From the human T2T-CHM13v2.0 reference genome, Homo sapiens: a stretch of DNA of 64,000 bases. The notes beneath the pieces are model-generated. The model did no database searches. It was not told the DNA's origin and saw only the letters and a program-made list of their open reading frames with translations. Location of the stretch: NCBI RefSeq assembly GCF_009914755.1, contig NC_060929.1; one strand, given 5' to 3'. Positions 23,325 through 37,326 of the stretch are shown here, one piece after another (within the stretch, counting starts at the first letter, position 1; each line of letters starts with the position of its first letter). Position numbers and translations under genes: made by a program.

Positions 23325-25870
23325 ATAGTGAGAGCGTGATTTTTAAAATTCGTTCTGTTAATCTCTTGTTTTTTTTATTGGAATGTTTAATCCATTTCCA
23401 TTTGAAGTAATTACTGATAAGGAAGAATGTACTTCTGCCATTTTGCTATTTATTTTCTGTATATCTTAAATGTTTTTATCCCTCATTCATCCATTACTGA
23501 CTTCTTTTATGATCAGTGATTTTTTATGATAGCCCATTTTGATTTTGTCCTCTTTTCCTTATGTGTATACTTTGTACAGATGTTCTTTGTGATTACCATG
23601 GGAAGTGCATTTAATTATTGAATATATAACAGTTTAGTTTTAATTCTTACCAATATACTTCAATAGTACGCACAGTCTCAGCTCTAATAAAACTTCACTG
23701 GCCCCACACCATTACACAGTGGTTGTCACAAATTACATATTTTCACATGGAATGATTAATAACATATTTATAATTATTATTTTATGCATTTGTCTTTGAT
23801 ATCATGTAAGTGGAGTTGCAAATCCACAACACGAAAATAATGACTTATCTGTCTATGTAATTACTGTTAGCAGATTTATTTCTTAATACAGCTTTATGTT
23901 ATTGTCTAGTATCCTTTCATCTTAACGTAATAATTCTATTGATTATTCCTTGTAAGTTAGTTCTAGTGGGTATTAACTCCCTCAGCTTTTGTTATATGGG
24001 AATGTCTTAAATCTCCCCTCAAATATGAAGGGCAGTTTTACTGGATATAGAATTATTGGTTGAGTTTTTCATTATTTTATCACTTTAAATATGTTATCCC
24101 ACTGCCTTATGTTCTTCATGGATTCTGATGAAAAATTGGCTGTTAATCTTATTGAATATTACTTCCACATGAGAAGCCATTTCTCTGTTGCTTTATTTCA
24201 AGATTCTCTCTTTGTCTTTTGCTTCTGATACTTTGTTTATGATGTGTCTCAGTGTTGATGCCTTTGAGTTTACCCTTGGAGTTCTTTGAGCATAGAGTTC
24301 CTTGAGCTTCTTCAATATGTAGATTAATGTCGTTCATTAAATTGGAGAAATGTAAAGCTATTATTTCTTCACATATTTTTCCTTTCCCTTATTCTTTCTT
24401 CTTTGTCAGAGACTCCCAAAATGTGCATTGTTTTGCATAATGATATTCCACATGTCACATAGGTTTTTTCACCTTTGTCATTCCTTTTTCTTTCCGCTAT
24501 TCAGACTGGGTAATTTTAATTGTCTTCAAGTTTACTAATTATTTCTTCTGTCTGCTCAAATCTGCTTTTTAATTTAGTGGGTTTTAAATTTTAGTCTTTT
24601 TACTTTTTAGCTTCAAAATTCATTTAGTTTTGAATATTTCCAGCTCTTCTTAATATTATATTTTTTTATACATTTTATTATTTTTTAGCTATTTCTGTTA
24701 ATTTTTTTGCTCTTTAAGCACATTGAAAATATTTGCTTTAAAGCATTTTTTAGTAATTCCAGTATCTGGCCATCCTCAGGGATATTCTCTTTCTTTCAAT
24801 TTATTTGTTTCTGTGAACAGGCTATACTTTCCTACTTTTGGTATGCCTCATGACTTTTTTGTTGAAACTGGACAAAGATACTGTGGTATCTTTGGAAATA
24901 CAATTCTACTCGTTCTGCAGAGTTTGCTGATTTTGTATCTTAGAAGATGTAGTCATTTGTCTACTGTTCTTTTTATGTATGGTCACTGATATTTTTGTTT
25001 CTTTATCTTACGTTCAGCTGGTGTTTTGAAATAATTTCTTTCAATGCCAAGAACTAAAGATTAAAAAACAAAACAAACAACAGCAACTACAAAAAGTGAA
25101 GAAAATCTCTATAAGTCTTTGCAGATTGGCTGTTAGCTTAGTCTCAGTCACTCCTTCAATATTCACTCAGACTATTAGTCAGAGGGGAAAGCTTAGGGTC
25201 GTCTCAGGTCTTTCTTGAACATGCCACTTGCCTTGCGTATGTACATGGCTTTAAAAATTCTCCGGTATATATGGGTGCCTTTTAAAACATTAATTTCCCA
25301 AGCAAATTATCTCCCAATCTTTTTCTCCTGCTGTCTAGGCATCCTATGTTTTTACTCAACCATAATCTATCATAATCTTTTGCCTGTGCAGCTCTGGATT
25401 TTTTTTTTCTATTTGCCATGCAATATTTTCAAACAATACCCACTGATTTTCTGCCTTTAGTGAGTTCTGTGATAGGAGCAATTGAGATAGTTGCCTTGCC
25501 TTAGCCCTTCAGGTGGCCTTCAAGGCCAGTTAGTACAAGCATTCATAATACTTTGTAAATAAGATGAATAGGGCCTAGTCTTCTCTCTCCAGGACCAGGG
25601 ACCAAGGTAGCAAAATGGTAAATTGGACTGCTGTCTTCAATACTCTCACCAAGTTGGAAAATTAGTGGAAGAAGCGTAAGGAAAAATAACCCAAAGATTT
25701 TCTATTATTTTAATATATTTTTTTCCTTGACTTAGCATTTGCTTTGTTGCTATCAACCTTTCTTTGCCAGATTTCTGACAAAGTTGCTTCTGACAGAATT
25801 GGCTTGCTTTATGGTGTTTCTGTGGAGGGACAGGAGCTTGGAGCTTCTGCTTCCACCATTTTGTTTTATT
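23325..25870 (-). mobile_element. Ancient L1M: 5' region, ORF1 and inter-ORF
   Basis: ORF 24149-24337(-) begins 'DINLHIEEAQGT', resembling L1 ORF1p 'DINLQIQEAQRTP'; 'tttactggatatagaattattggttga' is antisense ORF1 C-terminal sequence. Confidence 0.7.
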
Positions 25871-26081
25871 CTAATAAATGAATACACTGAAGTTTTACCA
25901 GTTTGTGCTCATGACTTGTACATTATTCTCTTGTTAGATTAAAGTAGGTAGGTAGGCAGGTAAATCCACCTTTTTACCCAATAATTCAACTTGATACTGT
26001 AACTACTATCACAAAACCTCTTGTGAATTAGGCTTTCAAACATTGTAGCCAACTAGAACAAAGTAGGAGCTCCCAATATTC

Positions 26082-26180
26082 TGTGTGTGTGTGTGCATGT
26101 GTGTGTGTGCATGTGTGTGTGTGCATGTGTGTGTACATGTCTGTCTCTCTGCCTGTTTCTGTCTCTGTCTCTGTCTCTAT
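26082..26180. repeat. Compound (TG)n/TGCATG plus (TC)n microsatellite
   Basis: Direct reading of the sequence. Confidence 0.9.
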
Positions 26181-26409
26181 CTTAATCTCTATAAATCTAC
26201 ATCATCTTAGTTTGTGTTGAAAATCCTTTGTATTAATGTATCACATCTGGCTGTTTTTCTGTCTGTTGCTGAAACTAAATTGATAAAGAAATTCACCATG
26301 TATTAGAAGGAATTGGAAAGTACACGCCTCAGAAATGTCTAAAATTGAAATAGCATTGTTTTATTATGTCATAGACTTTTAATTCAAACGATAGACCATA
26401 GTTTTATGC

Positions 26410-26721
26410 TTTTTTTTTTTTTTTTTTTTTTTTTCTGAGATGGAGTCTCACTCTGTCACCCAGGCTGGATTGCAACGGCACGATCTTGGCTCACTGCAAC
26501 CTCAACCTCCCGGGTTCAAGCCATTCTCCCTGCCTCGGCCTCCTAAGTAGATGGGATTACAGGCACCCACCACCACACCCGGCTAATTTTTGTATTTTTT
26601 TTGTAGAGAGGAGGTTTCACCATGTTGGCCAGGTTCGTCTTGAACTCCTGACCTCAGGTAATCTGCCCGCCTCAGACTCCCAAAGTGCTGGGATTACAGG
26701 CATGAGCCAATGAGCCCAGCC
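26410..26721 (-). mobile_element. AluSx/Sq, full length
   Basis: Long T-tail, both arms, TSD agttttatgc / agttttatcc. Confidence 0.95.
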
Positions 26722-27089
26722 AGTTTTATCCATTTTCAAGTGAATGAATTTCTTTGTTTTTCTGAAGTTAGGTTATGGTTACGTTGCAATTGCCTTTCTT
26801 AATTTATAGTTAATTAATTATGTGCTTAGATTCTTGCAATCGATTTTGCGTTACTCATCTTTTTCACTGTCCTTTTGACCCTTTGACTTTCTTGTGTATT
26901 CATAGATGCTCTTTAGATATTAATTCTTCCTTCAAATGTTATTTTAAAGAAATCCCTGTTAAATATAAAATATTTAACCATTGTAGGACTGTAGATATTT
27001 AAAATGTGGCAGAAATTTATAAAAAAGAAATCTAAAAATGTTTCTGGAGGTTGTGATAAACAATTAGTGCAATATCTTAACAGTATGTA

Positions 27090-27358
<269 letters not shown>

Positions 27359-28049
27359 TAGAAAGTTTTCCTAATAACTAAACTTTTTTAAAAAAAATCA
27401 TTAGTTTTAGAAAACAAATTTGAGCAGAAAACGGAAATGACTTTTTTTTTCGTTTTCTGTGAATCAGCTGTTGCGAATTTTAAAAATCATTTAAAATTAT
27501 TTAAACAATTGATTTTTACACGTGGGGAGTATTTGTTAATTAATGTCATATGATCCATGATTTCCTATGCACCAGAATATAGTATTATTCAGATATTTTA
27601 TTTTGGTTTCTGTATTTTCATAATTTATGTCAGTTCTGAAATGCTTAAAAACATACTTTTTCAATAATAATATCAAAAAACTCTCAATGAATAACACACA
27701 TATATAAGGTGGCAATTTTTTAAAATTATCTATTTGCACTTACTACACCAAATAAGACAAATCACAATATTATATAATTATATACATGGGTTTATTATTA
27801 TCACAGTAGTAAGATTAAAGTATACAGCACAGTAAAATGATTATCATGACTTCTATAATCCTTAGGCATAACAAGCCTTTTTATCATTTTTAAGCATAAT
27901 AAGGCCTTTAAACTCTATTTATTTATACACATTTGCAGGTGTGTGTAAATAAATAATTTCCTACAGAAAAACAATGTAATCCTTGAGGTAAAGATTTCAG
28001 ATGCAATTGTTGCACTCTAGATGTTTCCCTTTACACCTATTTCAAAATT

Positions 28050-30922
28050 GTATTGGTCAGCTATTACTGTGAAGCAAACAAACAAAAATCTCAGTGCCAT
28101 TCAACAATAAGCACTTTTTTCTCATAGCTCTGAGCTTGGCTTAATAGTCTTTTCTCTCTGCTATAAAAAATTGCCTGAGATTAAGTCAAAGAAAAGATGT
28201 TTAATTGGCTCACAGTTCTACCAGCTGTATAGAAAGCATGGCTGGGGAGGCCACAGAAAACTTACAATCTTGGCAGAAGGTAAAGAGGGAGGAACCATGT
28301 CTTATGTGGCCAGAGGAGAAGGCAGAGAGAATGAAAGGAAAGGTGCTACACACTTTTAAACCACCTGATCTCTTGAGAACTTACTCAATATCACAAGGAC
28401 AGTAAGGTGGAAATCTGCCCCCATGATCCAATCACCTCCCACCAGGCTCCTCCACCAAGATTAGGGGTTACAATTTGACGTGAGATTTGTGCAGGAAAAC
28501 AGATTCAAACCACCTCATTCCACCCCTGACCCCTCCCAAATCTCATGTCCTTCTCACATTGCAAAATACAATCCTCCCTTTTCAACAGTCTCTGAATTCT
28601 TAGCTCATTTCAGCGTGAGCTCAAAAGTCTGTAGTCCAAAGTCTCATCTGAGACTACGCAAGTCTCTTCACCTACGAGCCTGTAAAATCAAGAGCAAATT
28701 AGTTACTTCCAATATACAATGGCAGTACAGGCATTCGGTAAATACACCTATTCCAAGGGGAAGAAATCAGTCAAAACAAAGAGGCTACAGGCCCCATGCA
28801 AATATCAAACTCAGCAGGACAGTCTTTAAATTTTAAAGCTCAAAAATAATCTCCTTTGACTCCATGTCTCACATCCAGGCCACACTGATGGAAGGAGTGG
28901 GCTCTAAAGGCCTTGGTTATCTCTGCCCTTGGGGCTCTGCAGGGTGCAGCTCCCTCAGCTGCTTTCATGGGCTGGCATTGAGTGCCTGCAGCTTTTCTAG
29001 GTGTGCAGTGCAAGCTTTTGGTGGATCTACAATTCTGGGTTCTGGAGGACAGTGGCCCTCTTCTCACAGCTCCACTGGGCAGTGCCTCAGTCCCCACTGG
29101 GGACTCCAAATATGAAGCCTCCAACCTCATATTCCCCTCAGCACCGCCTTAGTAGAGGTTCTCCATGAGGGCTATGCCCCCACAGTAAGCTGTTTTCTGG
29201 ACATCCAGGCTTTCCATACATCCTCTGAAATCTAGGCAGAGGCTCCCAAGCTTCAGCTCTTACCGTCTGTGCACCTGCAGGATTAACACAATGTGGAAGC
29301 TGCCAAAACCTTTGGCTTGCATTCTCTGGAGCAGAAGCTTGAGATGTATCTGGGTATCTCTTAACCAAGGCCAAAGCTGGGGCAGCTGGAATGCAGGGAG
29401 CAGCATCCTGTGGTTATGCAGGGCAGGGGGTCCCTGGGCAGGGCCCAGGAAAACCATTCTTCCCTCCTAGTCCTCTTGGCCTGTGATAGGAAGGGCTGCC
29501 ACAGTGGTCTCTCAAATGCCTTGGAAGCATTTTTCCCATTGTCTTGGCTATTAATATTTGATTCCTTTTGTGCAAATTTCTGCAGCTGACTTGAATTTCT
29601 CCCCCAAAAATTGGATTTTGTTTTCTACCACATGATCAGGCTTCACATTTTTTCAACTTTTATTCTCTGTTTCTCTTTTAAATATAAGTTCCAGTTTCAG
29701 ATGATCCTTTCCATCACACATATGATCATATGCTCTTGGAAGCAGCCAGGCCACATCTGGAATACTTTGCTGCTGAGAAATTTCTTTCACCAGATACCCT
29801 AAATCATCACTCTCAAATTTTAAATTCCACAGATCTCTAGAGCAGGGGAACAATTCCTCCAACTTTTTTGCTAAAGTATAACAAAAATGACCTTTTCTCC
29901 AGTTCTTCATCTCCATCTGAGACCTCCTCGGCCTGGACTACATTGTCAATATCACCATCAGCATTTTGGTCACAACACTTTAATAAATCTCTAGGAAGCT
30001 TCAAACATTTCCTCATCTTCTTTTCTTCTTCTGAGCCCTCCAAAGTGTCCCAAACTCTGACCATTACCCAACTCCAAAGTTGTTTGCACATTTTCAGGTA
30101 CCTTTATAGCAATACCCCACTTCCCAGTATCAATTCTCTGTATATGTTCATTCTTGCATTGCTATAAAGAACTACCTGAGATTGGGTAATTTATAAAGAA
30201 AAGAGGTTTAATTGGCTCATGGTTCCATAGGCTGTACAGGAAGTATGGCTGGGAGGTATCAGGAAACTTGCAATCATGGGGGAAGATTAAGAGAAAGGAG
30301 TCATGTCCTTCCACAGGGCTGGAGCAGGAAAAAGAGAGAGAAGGAGGAGGAGGAGGAGGTGCTACACACTTTAAAACAACCAGATCTCATGATGACTCAC
30401 TCACTACCACAAGAACAGCAAAAGGAAAATCCACACCTCTAAGCTAATCACCTCCCTCTAGGCCCCTCTTCCAACAAGGGATTAAAATTTGACATGAGAT
30501 TTGGGTGGGGACACAAATCCCAACCATATTAGTTGGGGATCAGCTCATATAGCCTAAGTTTAGCTAGGCATTTCCTCTTTAAACAGCAGATGTAGCTGGG
30601 CTAGGCTTATTGTTGCAGCTTTGTCTCTGGTCTGCTCCCTGTGTACTAAATTGGGACCTAGGCTAAAGAAGTGGCAGCTACATGGGGAAAACTTGCCTTA
30701 TGGTGAGGCCAGAGGTTAAAGAAAGAAAGAACATGCAATGCCCTTAGATACCTGGGAATGGTTCTGGCACACTTTTAGTTTAGCCCATATGCCATTAGCC
30801 AAAGAAAGTCACATTGCTAGATCCAAATCCAATTTTGGTAGTAGAAATTGCAAAATCATATGACAAATGATATGAATAAAATGATAGATATGTAATTGAG
30901 CCAGATAATTTAATTTACCACA
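28050..30922 (-). mobile_element. Old MLT1 (G/H-like) LTR split by the THE1D insertion (28050-28139 plus 30532-30922)
   Basis: 'tgtattggtcagctattactg...aaatctcagtg...caacaataagcac' continues after 30531 to 'ccattagccaaagaaagtcaca...ttgcaaaatcatatgacaaa...aatttaccaca'. Confidence 0.65.
28140..30531 (-). mobile_element. Full-length THE1D MaLR (LTR-internal-LTR)
   Basis: LTRs at 28140-28517 and 30139-30531 share 'ggtgctacacacttt..aa..acc.gatctc'; ~1.6-kb THE1 internal region; polypurine tract (antisense 'ttccacccct') beside the left LTR; TSD cttgg/gttgg. Confidence 0.92.
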
Positions 30923-32299
30923 GTTAACAAGCTTTATGTCCTTTCATTTTTTCATTTACAATTTTAGCACATTTTACTGGACTCATTCTTCAACTTTTGT
31001 GTTGTCAATTACTATACAGAAATATTTAATAAAAGATTCCAAATAAAATATTTTAATCTTGTTTTTAGATATTACTTAAAACAATCTATTAATATCCACA
31101 CCCAGCTTATCAAAGTTGACTTTAATATGCAAGATATTTAGTATCTGTAAAATATATTTTATATTAGACTATTTTATGTTGCCAACAACACAAAATTTGT
31201 AATAAAAAATAGATATGTTTGTGTACATAGGAGCTCTGGTAAAATCTGAAGATATACCAGAAGCACTTATCTTTTTAGAAATATTTGTCATATTGAAATT
31301 ATGACTGCTGCCTGAACAGAAGTCCTGGTTATTTCCCATTTGCCCTTTCTGTTTCATTTTATTTCATTTTTTGCATAAATTGTGATGTTTTCTACTGGTA
31401 TGATATTTGCATTAATAAGTTGATATTTGATTTCTCAAAAGCTGTGTTTTTTCATTTTTATTGATAACAATGATGTGTCTATTTCTCAAAACTAACAAAA
31501 CAAATATTTTGTTAATAGGAAATATGTGCATAATTCTACACTGCAATGAAAACTGATTAGTCTACAAGATAAAATCCTAGCATGTTATTTTTGCTTTTTT
31601 TATTTCCCTTTTTTCATTTTTTATTGCTTTGTAGATAAACATCAAAATATAATTTCCTTTTCTCTCATGCCTCAACACACTTTATTTTTGTTCTGCTGCT
31701 TATTTGACCATCAGATTTCTGAAAACTCCCCAAAAGTTATAAAAGCAATAAAAAACTTGACAGATAGAGAAATAAGACAAAGGTATTAAAATCTTATTTA
31801 AAGTCTCTTACCGTAAAAACCAGCCTGTGGCTCATGCCTGGGCTAAATGATTATCATTTATTGTGTCGTAAGCAGCATTTCCCAGGAAAAGACTGGACAT
31901 TTGGCCAACATGGCTTATATTAACAGTGTGTTACTTGCCCAAATCCCTAAGGTTTTTTTTTCACTTTCCCAGTCTTGCCACTTGGTCCATGATTACTAGT
32001 CTGAGTGTTATAATACCCTCAGAAATATCTAAAATGTTTACAATGGAAAACATATTTCATTGTAATCACATTGAATATACACATTATTTATTTAAACTTT
32101 AAGACGATGATATATAGAAAAAATATACAAGTCGTATCAGAAGGAAAAAATAATCATGTTTCAGAAGCAATGTCCACAATGAAATAAAGAAACCAAGGCA
32201 GTATTAGTAAGCAACAGTAAAAACAACAACAAAAACATCAACAAATAACTGCAGAAAAAGATAAATACTAGCTTAAGGTACTGCAACCTTCCATACTAG

Positions 32300-33162
32300 A
32301 AATTATGATACATTCATATGAAATTCTGTTTCCAGAAATGTTGAATAAGCTGGATCCTTAACAATCTTCCTATTGAGAGGAATTGAAAAGATTAGACAAT
32401 TACGAAGAAGAAGGAGGGAGCTATCAGTAAGAATTTTCAGGGTCAAGACCCCAGAAAAAAGGGAAGCAAAGAAAGGTATATTTGTTGCCACTTCTCTCCT
32501 CATGGGGTTTTCAGATTAGAAAGTACTAGTCAGAAAGCTGAGAAGCTGAAATGATCTTGTAGCAAGTTACCCATGGGTAAGAGAAACATAGATTAGATTT
32601 TAGAGTCCTGTAATGTAGAAAGACTGGGAAATGACACAAACTTTCAGTCAGGACCTCAAATGTCCACACCTTAAAAGTAATTGCAATTCCAGAATTGGCC
32701 AGCTCTCATGGTCCCAGTTCAATATTAGTTCAATCTCTGATTAAAATAAGATCCTCTATCCTAACCCAGCTGGCTGACCAAATCAAAGTAAAACCTCTTT
32801 GGAGGATGACACTATCATAAAGACTCAGTTTAATCTACAATATCTGACATTTAACAATATAACCGAGTATGAAGAGAAATAATTTTTTGACTGGAAATCA
32901 TAAGGAAAAACTATACAATAAAAAGAGAAAAACATTAAGTTATCTTAAGATGTAAAATGAATCATATGACATAACAGACATTTAAATGGAAGAAGATGAG
33001 TAAGCAGGATAAATGTAAATGTACTAAATGTCCCCATTAAAAACACATAAGAGTGGTGTACAAAAAATGACAACCATATGCTGCTTATGAAATATAAACT
33101 ATCAGTATAAAGAAATGTTGAAAGTAAAATGGAGAGAGAAAATACACAATGCAAACTCCAAT
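32300..33162 (+). mobile_element. Ancient L1M fragments including the start of the ORF2 endonuclease
   Basis: 'aaatgtaaatgtactaaatgtccccattaaaa...accatatgctgcttatga' corresponds to the NVNGLNAPIK...ICCL motif; upstream part is weakly supported. Confidence 0.5.
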
Positions 33163-33425
33163 CAGTGAATCTTAAACTTTTTAAACCCAAGAGCTCCTTA
33201 CAATCTTAAACTTAGTTGATGATCTCAAATTATTTTATGTGAGATTTAACTACAAATATTTACAATGTTAAAAATAAAATGGAAAAATAAAATGTGCATT
33301 AGTTTAGTTTAAAAAAAGAAAATATCTATCATATGTTAATATAAATATTCTAAGAAAAATGTATCTTCCAATGCAAAAATATTTAGAGGGAATACTGGTA
33401 TTGTTTTACATTTTTACAAACATAC
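33163..33425. mobile_element. Charlie1-type hAT DNA transposon end
   Basis: 'cagtgaatcttaaactttttaaacccaagagctccttacaatcttaaa...ggtattgttttacatttttacaaa'. Confidence 0.65.
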
Positions 33426-34139
33426 AATGTTTATCTATATATATAAAATATAAATACACAACATATAAGACATCTCTAGATATCGAGAGAGAGAAAGAGA
33501 GAGAAACTCTTTGAAATTATGTAGTTTCATGTTTCACTTGATCAGGCTTAAAAAGAGGAAATTTGATATGCTTTAATCTCACTATTTACTTTGCTAGATG
33601 AAATATTTAGTATTTTGGTGGGAGTAAGCAAAGACGGAGGTCCAAAAAACCTATGCTACAGATTTTCATTTTATGCCTTTCTTGCTTTAAGTATTACTCC
33701 TTAACCTGCTTGAGGCAGTAAGTTGTTCTTTTTTTCCATTAGGAACTACCCTCTATCTTGCCCCTCTTCATGTTAATAGTATTCTCATATAAAATATTAT
33801 CAATGGGCATTAATTTGGGACCATATCTCTCTTCAAATTCCAGTAAATGTGTATGCCTTACAGGCATTCAGAATTTTTAGATTTTCCTTTGATTTTTCCA
33901 TTTTTCTTTTTAAAATACAAATGCTGTAATATAGAGTTGGAAAGTGTTGTCATGAGACTGTATTAAGTGTCCCTTAAACTTGTTTTCAAGGTGGGTTTAA
34001 CCTTCACATATGGTGGATTGCAGTTTCTTTAGTGCTTTCCTTTAGCTGATCTTCTTGGGCCGTATATTTTTAATAGTAATCTCAAAGACATGATCCTTGA
34101 TATATCAAGTGATAATTGATATGCCATACTGTTATAATT

Positions 34140-34362
34140 CCTAGGTTTAAAATCTGGCACTCTACTTGGCACACTATGGGTTAAATACCTTAGTGCCAAG
34201 TTTGGGCAAGTCTGTGCCTCTGTTTATTTATTCATGAAGTGAAGATGATGAGGATACTGACCTTATAACATTGACATGATAAACAGATGACTTAATGCAA
34301 GGAAAGCACGTAGAATAGTACATAGCACATAGCAAATTACAAATAAGCATTAGCTATTATTT
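34140..34362 (+). mobile_element. MIR SINE
   Basis: 'ttgggcaagtctgtgcctctgttt...aaagcacgtagaatagtacatagcacatag...aagcattagctattatt'. Confidence 0.75.
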
Positions 34363-35136
34363 TCATTAATGTTGCTCAGGTGTTTGTTTGACTCATACCA
34401 TTTTTACTTCTACCAATGATGAAAACAGTTCTCCCTTGATATACTGGTTTGCTCACTTTAGTAATGATTATTCACAGGAGGGTTCTTAAAATACAAGTGG
34501 GGCACCCGAACAGAAAATGGGGTTAATCCAACTTATCAGCGTAAGGCACATTTAAGTTCTGATGTTGAAATCATTTGTTTGTTATATGGACATATCAGAG
34601 AATAGGACTCCTAATTTCAGACTGGTTTAGAAACACCAGGATTCATTTTAATGAAAATGCAAAATAATTAGTAGTGGTTGCCTATAATCCTACATCAAGA
34701 AGTGTTTGGAGACTCATGCAGATTCAATCAGAATGATTATTATGGTTCTTTCGTAACATCAGCAATGGACAAGAGTCTGGATGTTGGCACTTGGGAATTT
34801 TTCAAATTCTGTTATAGCAGTTTAGCATTGTGTGTTGCTCTGAACTCAGAAGAAACATCTCTGATTATTTTGCTTTTTATAATCATACCTTTAGAAACAG
34901 AGCCAAAATCAAAACAGGATAAACTGATTAACTTACATTAACCTTTCCTTCTCAGTTCTTCAGCAGCAGATTGACAATGAAAAAAGTGTTTATATTATGA
35001 ATTTCCCTGTTATATAATGGAAGATAATTTAAGGTAAGTCATATTCTTCATTATTACTTTAGTACCTTTAAAAATTAAAATGATTTGTAATATAATGAAA
35101 AAGAAAAGCAGTAAAAATGCTTTCAATAGAGATAGT

Positions 35137-35820
35137 ATATATAATATATAATAATATATATAATATAATATATAATAATATATAATATATATAATATAAT
35201 ATAATATATTATAATATATAATATGATATAATATTATATAATATAATATATAATAATATATATTATAATATATTATAATATATATTATAATATATAATAA
35301 CATATATTATAATATATATTATAATATATAATAACATATAATTATATATTATAATATATAATAACATATATTATAATATATATTATAATATATAATAACA
35401 TATAATAATATATATTATAATATATAACATATAATATATAATAATATATATTATAATATATAATAACATATAATATATAATAATATATATTATAATATAT
35501 AATAACATATAATATATAATAATATATATTATAATATATAATAACATATATTATAATATATAATATAATATACAATAACATATATTATAATATATAATAT
35601 AATATACAATAATATATATTATATATATAATAATATATATTATATATATAATATACATTATAATATATAATATAATATATAATAATATATATAATATATA
35701 GATTATAAATAAATATATAATATATATAATTATATAATTATATATATTATATATTATATATATAATTATATATATTATATATTATATATATAATTATATA
35801 TATTATATATAATATATATA
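35137..35820. repeat. ~680-bp almost pure A/T minisatellite
   Basis: Includes a 39-bp unit ataatatataataatatatattataatatataataacat, visible as the 13-aa period YVIIYYNIYYYIL in ORF 35342-35581. Confidence 0.95.
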
Positions 35821-36358
35821 ACAGCTGATGGCTGTTGACAGATTAGTTGTTCAAGTTTGAGGTGGTTCTGCTTGTTTCTTAAAATAAGACAACAGAACTT
35901 AATGCATTGATTGACTTTTATTTTTACAAAACATTTCTCTGTAACGTGCAATGCCATTTGATAGTATTTTACCCCAAATGGAACATTTAAAATTGGAGTC
36001 AACACTTGCAAACTCTGCTGCTGCTTTATCAAATAATTTGTGTAATATTTAAGTCTTTTGTTACTATTTAAACAACGTTCACATCTTTACCAGGAGTAGT
36101 TTCCATCTCAAAAACTACATTATTTGCCCACCCATAAGAAGAAAGTCTTTATTAGTTAAAGTTTTATTATGAGATTGCAGCAATTCAGTCACATCTTCAG
36201 TCTCCACTTTTAATTATATTTCTTTTGCTATTTCTGCAACATCTGCAGTTACTTTCTCTGCTGGAATCATGAACTCCTGAAATTCATCCATGACAGTTGA
36301 ATCTACTTTCTTCCAAACTACTGTTAATGTTGATATTTTTACCTCCTTCTATGAATCC

Positions 36359-37326
36359 GCAAGACAAACTATCGACAGAGTAAACAAACAATCTACAGAA
36401 TGGGAGAAAATATTTGCAAACTATTCATCTGACGAAGGACTAATATCCAGCATCTATAAGGAATTTAGACAAATGTAGGAGAAAAAAACTAACAACCTCA
36501 TTAATAAGGAGCTGAACAAACACTTTTCAAAAGAAGACATACATGCTTATGAGAAGCATATGAAAAAAAGCTAAGCATCACTGACCATTAGAGGAATGCA
36601 GATGAAAACCACGATGAGATACCATCTCAAACCACCCAGAATGGCTATCATTAGAAAGTCAAAAAATAACAGATGCTGGCGAGATTGTGGAGAAAAGGGA
36701 ACACTTACACACTGTGGTATTATTCAACTACTGTAAATTAGTTCAACCAGTGTGGAAAGCAGTATGGCAATTCCCCAAAGGGCTAAAAACAGAACTACCA
36801 TTTGACTCAGCAATCCCGTTACCGGGTGTGTACCCAGAGGAATAAAAATCATTCTATGATAAAGACACATGCATGCAAATGTTCATTGCAGCACAATTCA
36901 CAATAGCAAAGACATGGAATTAACATAAACATCCATCAGTGACAGATTGGATAAATAAAATGTGGTATATTTACACCATGGAATACTATGCAGCCATAGT
37001 ATTTTTGTGGAAACATGGATGAAGCTGGAGACTATTATCCTTAGCAAACTAATGCAGGAACAGAAAACCAAACACCACATATTCTCTCTTATAAGTGGGA
37101 GCTAAAAATTACACCCATGAATACAAAGAAGGAAACAGCAGACACTGGGGTCTACCTGAGGGTAGAGGGTGGGAGGAGGGAGAGGAGCAGAAAAGATGAC
37201 TATTGGGTAGTGGGCTTAATACCTGGGTGAAGAAATAATCCTTACAGCAAACCCCTGTGACATGAATTCACCTATGTAAGAAGGCTTCACATGTACCCTT
37301 GAATCTAAAATAAAAGTTTCAAAAAA
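36359..37326 (+). mobile_element. Old L1PA 3' end (~970 bp) inside Tigger1
   Basis: '[33 protein letters not shown]' (ORF2 C-terminal region), 3' UTR, 'aaaataaaagtttcaaaaaa'. Confidence 0.92.

Noticed and set aside
28480-30167. Cluster of 60-118 aa ORFs on both strands
   Set aside because: Decayed THE1-internal sequence; no continuous reading frame
35010-35581. Tyr/Ile-rich 'membrane-like' ORFs
   Set aside because: Translation of the A/T minisatellite
35137-35820. Regularly repeating units superficially like a CRISPR array
   Set aside because: No unique spacers, low complexity, eukaryotic context, no cas genes
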